DNA of 64,000 nt from Balanoglossus misakiensis (Eukaryota > Animalia > Hemichordata): positions 9,924,296 through 9,988,295 of the forward strand of contig CM082594.2 of NCBI GenBank assembly GCA_040954595.2, written 5' to 3'. The notes under the pieces were generated by a model. The model ran no database searches. It was not told the origin of the DNA and saw only the letters and a program-made list of their open reading frames with translations. The position numbers and the translations under genes were made by a program. Positions 39,101 to 48,489 of the stretch are shown here, one piece after another. Each line of letters starts with the position of its first letter. The stretch's first letter is position 1.

Positions 39101-42100
39101 CTTTGTTTTTCCCCCCAAGGACTGCTCTCATATAATTGTATTGCCTTTTCAGGTTATGTCATATACTACACTACAGACAACAAGCAGATGGACAGAGACT
39201 GGGTCATAGCTCCTGTAGTTGGTGATCGTATGACAGGAATCATTGAAGATTTGACGGCAGACACCACTTACTACTTTAAGATACAGGCTCGGAACAGAGA
39301 AGGGCTGGGGCCCATGTCAGAAGTGGTGGAGTACAGAACTCCAAAAGGTACTACAAGAAAATAATATGATTGTGACAGTTTGTTATGATTCCCCAACTTG
39401 TCCCAAACTGGCTGTTCCGCTGTGTTATATGTTCAAAGCTTCTCTTACTTGTCCAGATAGGAAAACAAAGCTTAGCTTAGTATATGTTAAGCCTTTGTAC
39501 ATTGGTACATGTATATGTTTATGTGTATGCCTGGGTGAATTGGTAGGAGATTGCTGTCTTTGGTGCAAGTGTTGCAGCTAGCAGTAACTGTGTCATCATC
39601 CATTCATCAAATAAAACTTGGATATGTGACTCTCATTGGCAATATCTTTCCACTTCCCACTTCATACTCCAGCTGGTTACAGTCTATGTGAAAAAACAGC
39701 AACGAACAATTACTTCTAGTTGCAGTAGCTAGACTATAATATCTCAGATAATCTTTCTTACCATGAAATTGTAGTTCGTGTTTCCATTTTCCAACTCACG
39801 TTCGAAGCAAACTCTGTTTCTACAGTTTCGTGATTCTCATGACAAACCAATTTGTATAAGATCGGCTGACCTCTAGTCTCTAGGCATGGTTGTTACCCCA
39901 AAATCCTCTTCCAATCTTTATTCGCCATTGTTACTTTGTGTAAATCCCCAAGTCATTGTACCCTCTCTTTAAGTCTTAAGTCCTCACAGACATATCGGTG
40001 AATCTGTTAACCTGTCTCCCATGTGTATATGTGTGTGTGTGGCCATCACTGGTCTATTTTGAGAGAACTACGTAGCCTTTTTTATACACCACCAACTCTT
40101 CTCTTCCTCTAGGTTCTGTAGACACAAGTGAACCCCTAACCCACTTCCCACATGCCACACACCCCTTTGCTTCAGCTTGGTGAACCCCTAACCCCATGTA
40201 CACCATCTGGACCATACCACAGACTCCACCTGTAGGGGGACTTGATTAGAAAAGGCCAGAGTACAGCACCTGCTAAACTTTGTGTACTAACAAACGTACA
40301 TGTCATTTTCTATTTAGCCTGCCACTAAAACCGTGGATTGAAAATACATACACCATCTGGAAAACACATGATGCTACATACAGAACACATGTTACTTGTT
40401 TCAGTGTTAACGGCAACTCTGTGAAGTCCTAAACGTTTACAGTAATAGAGTTTTGATATTTTTAACAAAAAACAAACACAATGGGAACTATTTTCTGTCT
40501 GTAAAATTGCTCTAAATAATTCCTTGGAATGATTTTCTGATTAAAAAAAGATGTGTTTCTTGTTGGGTGTATCTCTTTGGAATGAGTTTCTAAAATGGTT
40601 GTGTGTTTCTTGTTAATGGTAGGTTCATCTCGAATAGCAAACCACCCAGGTGGAGGGCTGAAACATCCAGCAGGTCTAGATGATAAAGATGGAGTGGGAA
40701 GGGGTGAGTCATTGCCAATCTCACACAAAATATTTCACTCTCTTGTCCTGTGTCTGTTCGGGGAAAAAAAACTGCCTGGATTGTCAATCGCATGCCTCAC
40801 TTCGCTGCAATAAAACATGCTTCTTTTCCCCCGACGAGGAACAGTCAGAATTGTCCGTCGTCAGCACTTATTCTGGAATTCTTTTGAAAAGCTTCTGTGT
40901 GGGATGAGTGGGTGAGGGTGTGTGTTTTCACAGATGCCTGCATCTGAGCATGAAGTCGGTCAACTTCACTGACATATTAGGGGTCTAATGAATGCTGTCC
41001 GGGTGTGTGATAAATTAAAAACCTTAACATCATAGCTCTTTTGGGCCCCCCTCTTAGATCACAAAAGTTTTAGAAAATCAAGTGAAATGTCGAACTTCTT
41101 TGCGTGCTATTCTGATAGTTGCATGCCAACTGTCTTTGATGCCATACTCTAAGAAAAGCCTTCTTTCCCCGAGTAACATCTGACTGCTCCTGATATGATA
41201 TGTACTTGTGTAATGTATGACCACCATATTGGCCAAAGGGAGAACTTTACCTTGTCTTTGTCCAGCATCAATTGACGAAGTGGCTAACCACCAGACGTGC
41301 AACATCTATACTATTTGTACTTTATCATGAAGCATTTGATTATCAAATCAACAACCCAAATTAATTACCAAAGCGATATCTGACTGCATCACTGAGATTT
41401 TACACCACATTTCAATAACATACTGTGTTGTTATATTTCAGAAAATCCCACCACATCAGCCCAGTCGAATGATGAAGGGGGTTTGGCACCAAACGTCCTG
41501 TGGATTATCATCGCATGCGTTGCTGGTGTCTTTCTGATCGGCATCGTCATAGTTACTGTCTTTGTTTGCAAGAGACGAAGTGATTATGGTATGGCTAAGA
41601 AGAGAAAGTAAGTACACCAAAATATTACTCACAACCTTTGTTTCTATAATGAGGAATTTATCATCAAAACTATAAAAATGTTATATGAACACTTTATGAG
41701 AGAAAAGGAACTTGGACTGACATTTACCATTGACCTTTAACCTGTAGGCAAGGTGGTGGAGCATACAAGCAACCTCCAAAGGGTGGCAAGAAGACAGGGG
41801 CTAAGGATATTAAACCACCAGATCTGTGGATCAATCACGATCAGATGGAACTGAAACAGATGGAAAAGACACCCATGCCAGAACCAATGACACAGATTTC
41901 CATGTCAGATGACATGAAGCCCATGGATGACCCGCCCATGGAAACTCTACAGAAAAGGAACTCGTTTGTCGGTAAGATTGCGTGTATAGATTGTTCAGTC
42001 CATGTTCCATGCACTTTGAAATTCAATACAAATAATTCATGTCATGTCAACCACAGTATAAGCAACACTAATTGCTGAATGGTGTGGTGTTGTTGCATGG

Positions 42101-45100
42101 CTATTGGTCTCCAATGCAACTGCAGTGTAAGAGTGTATCTTCAGTGTTTCCATATCCAATGTGTATTTTCCACCAGGCGATGATGACCTTGACTTGACTG
42201 CCACAGACAGAACCCGATCCTTAGAAAGGAAAAGAAAACCTATCATGATTCCAGTCGATTCACAGCCACCACCACCGAGAGAAAGTAAGTCCATCAACTT
42301 TGTCACCCTCATCCGCGCATTCCCATCACCTCCACCCCTGTAGTCAGGAGTAGTGGACTAGTCCACTGCTGTGTACAGTGGGAGGGATCCATTGAAATGT
42401 CATGCACAGGGTAGCATGCAAGGATGGATACTGCCACTGCTACTCTGGAAATCTCAATTGTATGTACAATTTGTAGGAAGTTAAACCACACAAGCTCTTT
42501 TCGCTTTGGGCGTCAACGGTCACTTTCCCTACATGTCAATTTTGGGGGCTTTGTTTCTCCCTTGATTTTGGCTCCAGGCATGTCCTTGTGTAGTCAGTGG
42601 CTGAATACGTCATCAGTAGATTGCCTTTTAATTGTATTGGTGGAGAGCTTTCTGATAGATTTTGTGGCTTTATCGGAAGACTGAGTTTTGGTTCTGTTCG
42701 ACGTATACAGGCAGGCAGGCACGCACACACACACACACACACGTATGCATGCATGGTCCACTTAGAGTACTGTAATTGTTAAAATGTTAGAAATAAATTT
42801 TCAACCTGTCAACCTCAATTTACATTAACCTAAAGTATCCAACATTGCTACTACTGGTATGGTTTGCTTTTTAATCCATTCAGCTCATTTCTTCCTATCT
42901 AGTGTTTTCGCTTGAGTTGCTATATGACGTTTCCCCATACCCCCTCCCCAACAAGGCACTTCCTCCCTTCCCCCCAGAGCAAAGGCTCTCGCTACCCTGA
43001 GCAGAGCGTTATCCTGTCGATGGCTGTGTGACGCAAGCTTCTTGGTGTGGTTGCTACATCACCACGCTAGTTTGTGGCCGACTGTTGATTTTGAGCTTTG
43101 CAATTGATGTACCTGGCTGTGTGCTTGACAGGAGATCTGTTGCCTCCAGTGAATTGTAACTCCTGCATCCTTCTCTGGAGCCTGTCTTGGTTTTTTTCCC
43201 CACCTGTTGCGGGCAGCGACGCCTCAGCGCTGTGTGTCTGTCTCCTGTAGCATTGCCGTTTTTAAAAAAAGGGGATATTTGAAGGTCTTCTGCTATCTGT
43301 TGTTTTCACCAGCTATTGCCACAGCTACAGCTCTGCCAAATGGCAGTGTTAGTCCACCACTGAGACCAACATATCCTAAGACCCAATACAACACACCGAG
43401 CGTTGCAACTAGTGGTCCTACAAGAAATGCAAACATTGACCATCCAGGTAGGAGCGTTGACTCCCAAACTCCTACTCTTAGCCTAATGCATGCCTAGTGG
43501 TTAAACAACAAACAACTGTAGAGCCCCATAGCTTGTATGCTTCTTGGCATAAAAGCTAGACATAACTGCTTAGAATATACAGCCACTTGTAATTGGTAGA
43601 CTCAAGCCTTTTGCTTTATACTGCTTCAAAAGACCAGGCAAGTTTTCCAGTCATACATGGGAACCCTAGTCGAAAAAGAATCTGCTTTGCTATAAATTTG
43701 CTTTGCTATCACAGAATCACTAAAAACATTCTTTTCCAAAGCTAGGAAAAAATCTGTTGAGGAATAGGACAAGTGATTTTTACAGACCTGATTTTGAAGA
43801 GTATTTTGCAGAGGGCTGATTATAATTACGTGTCATTGTGTCACATTTTTTATTTTTATTTTTTTGCATGTTGCATGGCATGATGTTGTTTATTTCTTTT
43901 GTTGTTCTTTTTTGTTTTATTTCATGTTTAGAGTTCCGTGTTAAGACCCAGTTTAACTACCCCATGAGTAGATCAAAGTCTTTGGAAAGACCTGGTTTTA
44001 TGACAATGAGCAGTTCAGGTAATTTTAGCATTTGTTTTTAATTTGCAATTTTATCTTTTTTTCTTTGACCATTTGATTTGCAGATGTTGATTAATTTTAT
44101 GTGTGACTTTCTGTTCAAAATCAACATTATTTCGTGTTACTTACAGTGCTACTGCTTAATAAGTTTTGCAAGTTCTTTTACAAACATTTCAACCAAGTGA
44201 ATTTAAACATTTGACATGGAAAAAGAATCAGTTGTGACAAAAGATATGTAATGTATGTTACAAACAAGTGTAAAAGGAAGTAAAAGAACAATTCATGTGT
44301 GAAATTTGATTTATTTTTTCTGCCAGCATTGATAAAAAGTTTGGTTCTGTAGCTAGGCCTGGGTTGTTCTCTGCCTTTCTTGCAATGTCAGTTAAAATCA
44401 GTAATGATCTTGCCACTTTGAGAAATCAAGATAAGACAGGCTGAAAATGTCACCTCTCTGCCCAGTACTTTAATTTGTAGATGTATTCTTATTTTTACAC
44501 TAATCAACTTGTATGATCACAAAGTATTGCAGTTTATGTACACTGCAGATTTAGTATGTCACTATTGCACTAAAGATGGCACTTGTGATGTAAGGGTAAA
44601 TTGCTTCACACAGTGTGGCATGTGTTTCAGGTTTCATTATGCCATTTGAGAGATTGTAATCATTTTTATGCAGCACTAGTATCTCTCAGTAGTGTTTGAC
44701 TTCCACATGCTTGGTATCGTGCGGCCAATTAGCTGTTGGAAAGTTTCAAACACAATAAGGGCAACAAAGTACAAAATATATATTTTACGATTGGACAGTA
44801 CAGCTTGTCCTCGAAAGAAGTTAAATAATTGTCAACTGTTGTCATCAACATATAACAGCAATTTGTCTAACACACACCTGCATGAATGAAGTCACACATA
44901 GTCACTTGTTAAAGTTAAAAGTTAAAATCTGGTATCAGCCAGACAAGTGTCAATATACAGGTGTTTAAAGTCAACATATAAGAGGAGAAAGATTCCAGGT
45001 AAAATTTTATTTATGTATGGTAATAAAAATATCAAAAGTAATATCTATTATTGTGTGTTTGTTATGCAGGATATCAAAGCGATAATACAACTGTATCGTC

Positions 45101-46184
45101 AGATGATGGTTCAAGAACACTACCGCCCTCAGTGGCGGCAGCCCGGCCTTCTGGTCATCCATTGAAGAGCTTCAGTGTACCTGGTCCTCCTCCGCATTAT
45201 TCAAGTTTATCTGGAACTCCACAACAGAAACATCCAGGTGAGTATCTACTGTGCTAATCCTGCCAATGTCAAGTTGGCGATTTTTAACACACACACACAT
45301 ACAGACATGCACATTTGTTTCCAATCAAATCTTGCATGCACTAACGCAATATTATGTGAAGATGATGCCTGTTCATCTCCTGAAAAAACTTGTTTTTTCC
45401 TGTTCAAAACATGTACAATACGACAACTGTCAGTCACCAGGCTATAATGAGTTAATTCCGTGTGATATCGTTCCACAGGCAAACCTGGTCAGGGTATGAT
45501 ATCCAGTCCGTATAAAAAACCCACAGTGACAATTGGTGCAAACAAAAGCCGAATGCATCCCTTGCCGGTGAATACTCCCAGAGCACCAGATGTGGCCATC
45601 AGAGGCAGAGGTGATGACTCCACAGATAATAATTCAGAGGTAAGAGTCACAGTCACATTGTGTCACATTGAGAGAGCATACTCATGGATACCAGGCACTA
45701 TATGCATCCATTATTGTATTGTATTGTATTGTATTGTATTGTATTGTATTGTATTGTATTGTATTGTATTGTATTGTATTGTATTGTATTGTATTGTATT
45801 GTATTGTATTGTATTGTACTGTACTGTACTGTACTGTACTGTACTGTACTGTACTGTACTGTACTGTACTGTACTGTACTGTACTGTACTGTACAGTACT
45901 GTACAGTACTGTACTGTACTGTACTGTACTGTACTGTACTGTACTGTACTGTACTGTACTGTACTGTACTGTATTGTATTGTATTGTATTGTATTGTATT
46001 GTATTGTATTGTATTGTATCGTATCATATAGGGGTAATCCTCAGTGAGAGTTGACAATGTTTCTGTTGTTTTCTACCAACAGAACAAATCGTTTAGCACA
46101 GAAGACCTGAATGCAGAAATGGCCAACTTGGAAGGACTAATGAAAGATCTCAATGCGATTACAGCCACAGAGCTCGACTGCTGA
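1555..46184 (+). CDS. NEO1: DCC/neogenin/frazzled family netrin receptor, 24 core coding exons, ~1403 aa (SP-4xIg-6xFN3-TM-P1-P2-P3); probably the single invertebrate co-ortholog of vertebrate NEO1 and DCC
   Basis: join(1555-1627,20844-21158,26751-26853,27089-27273,27947-28097,29331-29476,31146-31421,33619-33853,34043-34191,34471-34761,35059-35253,35488-35598,35762-36058,38050-38221,38400-38545,38810-38917,39153-39347,41442-41607,41748-41971,42177-42284,43313-43447,45070-45237,45479-45639,46083-46184) = 4212 nt, all GT-AG, phases consistent. Diagnostic motifs: P1 [16 protein letters not shown]2 [14 protein letters not shown]3 [16 protein letters not shown]. Confidence 0.95.
10715..10800. mobile_element. 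86-bp palindromic MITE-like element, copy 1
   Basis: 27-bp terminal inverted repeats CAATCTGATTAAAATCAGATGTAGGGT (one mismatch); 9-bp flanking direct repeat ggtggccat/ggtggtcat. Confidence 0.75.
11329..11536. mobile_element. Kolobok/T2-like non-autonomous DNA transposon (MITE), 208 bp
   Basis: TTAA|AGGTACACAGTCACCT ... AGGTGGCTGTATACCT|TTAA: 14/16 TIR match, TTAA duplication, AG...CT termini. Confidence 0.7.
14188..14244. repeat. (AG)n microsatellite followed by a poly-G run
   Basis: About 19 AG units 14188-14226, then a G-run to ~14244. Confidence 0.95.
20844..21158 (+). CDS. NEO1: Exon 2: Ig domain 1
   Basis: Long pyrimidine tract + cag; [30 protein letters not shown]...[12 protein letters not shown]...[11 protein letters not shown]; donor g|gtatgt. 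Confidence 0.95.
24058..24132. repeat. Imperfect (GACA)n tetranucleotide microsatellite
   Basis: gacagacagaca... with interruptions. Confidence 0.9.
26751..26853 (+). CDS. NEO1: Exon 3: Ig2 N-half
   Basis: tag|; [34 protein letters not shown]; ag|gtacag, phase 2. Confidence 0.92.
27089..27273 (+). CDS. NEO1: Exon 4: Ig2 C-half
   Basis: cag|; WQKNKE...[25 protein letters not shown]; g|gtaagt. Confidence 0.93.
27947..28097 (+). CDS. NEO1: Exon 5: Ig3 N-half
   Basis: cag|; [50 protein letters not shown]; ag|gtaggc. Confidence 0.93.
28795..28901. mobile_element. PIF/Harbinger-like MITE, 107 bp
   Basis: GGGAAGAACCATTTGATTTCTTGGG ... CCCAAGAAATCAAATGGTTCTCCCC inverted termini; flanks tca/tta resemble a TWA target duplication. 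Confidence 0.6.
29331..29476 (+). CDS. NEO1: Exon 6: Ig3 C-half
   Basis: cag|; [48 protein letters not shown]; g|gtaatc. Confidence 0.93.
31146..31421 (+). CDS. NEO1: Exon 7: Ig domain 4
   Basis: cag|; VPPRFEKQP...[20 protein letters not shown]...[30 protein letters not shown]; g|gtaaga. Confidence 0.95.
33619..33853 (+). CDS. NEO1: Exon 8: Ser/Thr/Pro linker + FN3-1 N-half
   Basis: cag|; [22 protein letters not shown]...[25 protein letters not shown]; ag|gtgagt. Confidence 0.9.
34043..34191 (+). CDS. NEO1: Exon 9: FN3-1 C-half
   Basis: tag|; ERVVNTT...[23 protein letters not shown]...ETQPE; g|gtaggt. Confidence 0.94.
34471..34761 (+). CDS. NEO1: Exon 10: FN3-2
   Basis: cag|; [14 protein letters not shown]...[30 protein letters not shown]; c|gtgagt. 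Confidence 0.95.
35059..35253 (+). CDS. NEO1: Exon 11: FN3-3 N-part
   Basis: cag|; PSAPPANVT...[13 protein letters not shown]...[11 protein letters not shown]; g|gtaaga. Confidence 0.94.
35488..35598 (+). CDS. NEO1: Exon 12: FN3-3 C-part
   Basis: cag|; [36 protein letters not shown]; g|gtgagt. Confidence 0.94.
35762..36058 (+). CDS. NEO1: Exon 13: FN3-4 (netrin-binding region)
   Basis: cag|; [14 protein letters not shown]...[16 protein letters not shown]...[19 protein letters not shown]; a|gtaagt. Confidence 0.95.
36719..36804. mobile_element. 86-bp palindromic MITE-like element, copy 2
   Basis: Same 27-bp TIRs (perfect), same total length; flanks ctttccagat/ttttccaggt (8/10 direct repeat). 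Confidence 0.75.
37300..37341 (+). CDS. Candidate 42-nt cassette exon in the FN4-FN5 linker ([14 protein letters not shown])
   Basis: Branch-point-like cactaac ~37259-37265, pyrimidine-rich stretch, aag| acceptor, a|gtaagg donor; phase 1-1, in frame, no stop. Confidence 0.55.
38050..38221 (+). CDS. NEO1: Exon 14: FN3-5 N-half
   Basis: cag|; [19 protein letters not shown]...WADSSL...ITDNRYYTI; ag|gtgagt. Confidence 0.95.
38400..38545 (+). CDS. NEO1: Exon 15: FN3-5 C-half
   Basis: cag|; [48 protein letters not shown]; a|gtaagt. Confidence 0.95.
38810..38917 (+). CDS. NEO1: Exon 16: FN3-6 N-part
   Basis: cag|; [35 protein letters not shown]; g|gtgagt. Confidence 0.94.
39153..39347 (+). CDS. 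NEO1: Exon 17: FN3-6 C-part
   Basis: cag|; GYVIYYTTD...[13 protein letters not shown]...[29 protein letters not shown]; g|gtacta. Confidence 0.95.
40623..40703 (+). CDS. Candidate 81-nt juxtamembrane exon between FN6 and TM ([27 protein letters not shown])
   Basis: tag| acceptor, g|gtgagt donor, phase 1-1, open frame; may be constitutive or alternative. Confidence 0.65.
41442..41607 (+). CDS. NEO1: Exon 18: transmembrane helix
   Basis: cag|; [26 protein letters not shown] followed by the basic stop-transfer KRR; aa|gtaagt. Confidence 0.95.
41748..41971 (+). CDS. NEO1: Exon 19: cytoplasmic P1 motif
   Basis: tag|; [22 protein letters not shown]...RNSFV; g|gtaaga. Confidence 0.95.
42177..42284 (+). 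CDS. NEO1: Exon 20: cytoplasmic
   Basis: cag|; [35 protein letters not shown], resembling the neogenin MMPFDSQPP segment; a|gtaagt. Confidence 0.9.
43313..43447 (+). CDS. NEO1: Exon 21: cytoplasmic
   Basis: cag|; [28 protein letters not shown]...IDHP; g|gtagga. Confidence 0.85.
43932..44018 (+). CDS. Candidate 87-nt cassette exon, cytoplasmic ([29 protein letters not shown])
   Basis: Very long U-rich tract, tag| acceptor, cag|gtaatt donor, phase 1-1, open frame. Confidence 0.7.
45070..45237 (+). CDS. NEO1: Exon 22: cytoplasmic P2 motif
   Basis: cag|; ...[19 protein letters not shown]...; g|gtgagt. Confidence 0.93.
45479..45639 (+). CDS. NEO1: Exon 23: cytoplasmic
   Basis: cag|; [14 protein letters not shown]...[17 protein letters not shown]...NNSE; gag|gtaaga, phase 0. 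Confidence 0.9.
45712..46025. repeat. Compound pentanucleotide microsatellite (TATTG)~21 (TACTG)~31 (TATTG)~9 in the last intron
   Basis: Read directly from the sequence; two TACAG variants in the middle block. Confidence 0.97.
46083..46184 (+). CDS. NEO1: Exon 24: P3 motif and stop codon
   Basis: cag|; [33 protein letters not shown]. Confidence 0.96.
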   Translation, partial: NKSFSTEDLNAEMANLEGLMKDLNAITATELDC

Positions 46185-48288
46185 GTGTTGCTGGGACTTT
46201 CAAAACAGATAGATACACACAATTCTTGGACTCTTTTTTTTGTAAATGTATAGAAATTCTCAACAGAGGATAGTAACAGTTAAAATAATATTCTAGAAGC
46301 CTGGCAATGACTATAGTAATTTTTTATATTTTTTTCCTGAGAAGTGTAAGTGTCTATAGATGTTGAAATGATAGGTTAGTAAAGAGACCTTTGGCCCAGT
46401 TTCCTTGAAAAATAGGTGTTTTGGATTTTAGTGGAAAAAAATCCAAAAAACCATGGATATTATGGTGGAGTGGTCGTACAAACTCAGTCATGTATATCTT
46501 TAGGGAGAGGAAAAATTCAAAGTTACATGCTTGTGTGTTCTATGAAGAAAATCGACTGACGTTTTTCATGTGAGTTGTCTAGTAGCTGTGACGAGGGAAT
46601 ATTTCTGATGGGTTTTGAGTTTTGGATCCGAGAGAGAACCCTGGACACAAAAGATGCATGTCGCAGTGAATTGGTGATGTTTTCTTGTCACAAAGCAAGC
46701 ATTGTATGTACATAAAAGCTTAGCTCTATTCAAAACTTTTGTCACAGTCGTTTGATTCAACCCAAGATGAGTGGGCTGTTCCACTTATTACAATAGCCCA
46801 CTGCAGGAATGTATGTGTGGGCTGTTTCAATTGTCTGTTGCAAGGGGAGACAGCTTTAGAGGTGTAAGAAAAATTTGCTGATAATGTTCTGTAAGTCTGA
46901 TCTGTATGAAAAGTACAAGCCCTCAGAAATACACATATTTTTACCAGATCATTAAAATTTTATTTGTGCTTGAGACATCAGAAGTTCCTATGCGAACAGA
47001 GAATCAAAAGCCTGATGTGTCAGTAGTATTATTTTCTCATTGTACACAGTTTTAAACTGAAACAGACTTACATTTTTTAAAGGACATTAATCAATGTTAG
47101 TTCACATAAATGTGTACTTTGAATGAGATATAGCTTGTATTTTGGCAGGCAAAATATTTTATTTTGAATATTGTATTTTTTAATCTTTTATAAGCCCTCT
47201 TCCCAACAAACAAGACCCATTTGTTTTGTTTTTTTCTCAAAATGGGTCTGTGATATTTGACTCAGTCAGGAGTGCCAGAAAAGTACACTTTGTTGCCACA
47301 TCTTCTGGAGGATAAAAAATTAACAACAAACTGTGTATAAAATTGAATTCATATATTGTCATTGCAAGTCATAGTAAAAAATTGCATAGTTCGATACACA
47401 GCTTGGTGGCAAAAGTTTTTGTTCACTATCTAATTTTGTACAAAATATTACAATTCATAGTTTTACAAATTATTTAATTGTCAGTAGAGGAAAAAGTTAC
47501 TTAAAGTGTATAAGAGTCTTGGTGCATATTTTGTTGCCTGTTCATAGCTCTCTATTCTCCAACAAAAAAGTATTTATAATTACTGTAGTATGTGTTTTGA
47601 AAAAAAAGTTTTATTTCAAACTGAGTTGATGATTGCAGTAAGACATGTTTGTGATGTCATTCTCGGTTCCAATTTCTTGTATTGTACTTAACAGAGACAA
47701 ATAAGACTGCTATCGGAGACTTGCAGTTAATTGTATATTCTGTCAAACATTTTTTGAAACAGTCAAGTATAGTCCTCTCTATCCCCAAGCAGTTATTCTC
47801 TAACTTGCTAAATTACCCTTGTGTAGCTTGGTCATCGTGTCTCTGAAAAGCCAAAGGTCATTGACGGCGCCCTCTGGAGAGGCAAAGCAAATCTTTTGTT
47901 TTTCTCTCAGTGTACACTGAGTATATTCTGTTCTTATCTGGCGCCCTCACACTACCCACCTCTGCCATATCTCGTATTAAAATTTTAGTGTGAAAGAAGG
48001 GATTTTTAGCAAAGATCATGTGATTTCAAAATGCCAGTAAATGCATTTTGCAAAGTCTTTTTACATTATAAAATACATGGTTGTTTCTTATACTTAATTG
48101 AGTAACTGTGTATAGGCAGATGTTCTCTTTGTCATGCTTTGTTTTGCTCAACCAGCAATCTCTTTGTTTCTCATCTGTGTATTGCATTCTTCACAATATT
48201 GTATTGAATTTCAAGATGAAAATGTACTTGTTGAAATATTTTATCCCATTGCCATTACAGGACACAAACCATGTACCACACAAAATTT

Positions 48289-48294
48289 AATAAA
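48289..48294 (+). terminator. Probable polyadenylation signal AATAAA; implies a ~2.1 kb 3' UTR (46185 to ~48315)
   Basis: AATAAA followed ~25 nt later by a GT/T-rich element (gtgtgtgtttattatgtctggtttggtg); AT-rich UTR-like sequence upstream. Confidence 0.6.
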
Positions 48295-48489
48295 AAGTTT
48301 TGATATTTACATTTTCGGTGTGTGTTTATTATGTCTGGTTTGGTGAAATGTGTGTGATAAAAACCTTCAACAGCCATGTATGTTGTCATGGAGAATATCA
48401 TTGCAGCAAATTTGATCATAACCTGTATGCCATCGTGTGAGTAATACATGGCGAAAAGGGGCATCCCTGAATAACTGATTTTGTCACTT

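Noticed and set aside
45607-45615. RGD tripeptide in exon 23
   Set aside because: Lies in the cytoplasmic domain, so it cannot act as an integrin ligand
45668-46057. ORFs rich in [10 protein letters not shown] or [10 protein letters not shown]
   Set aside because: Translations of the intronic pentanucleotide microsatellite
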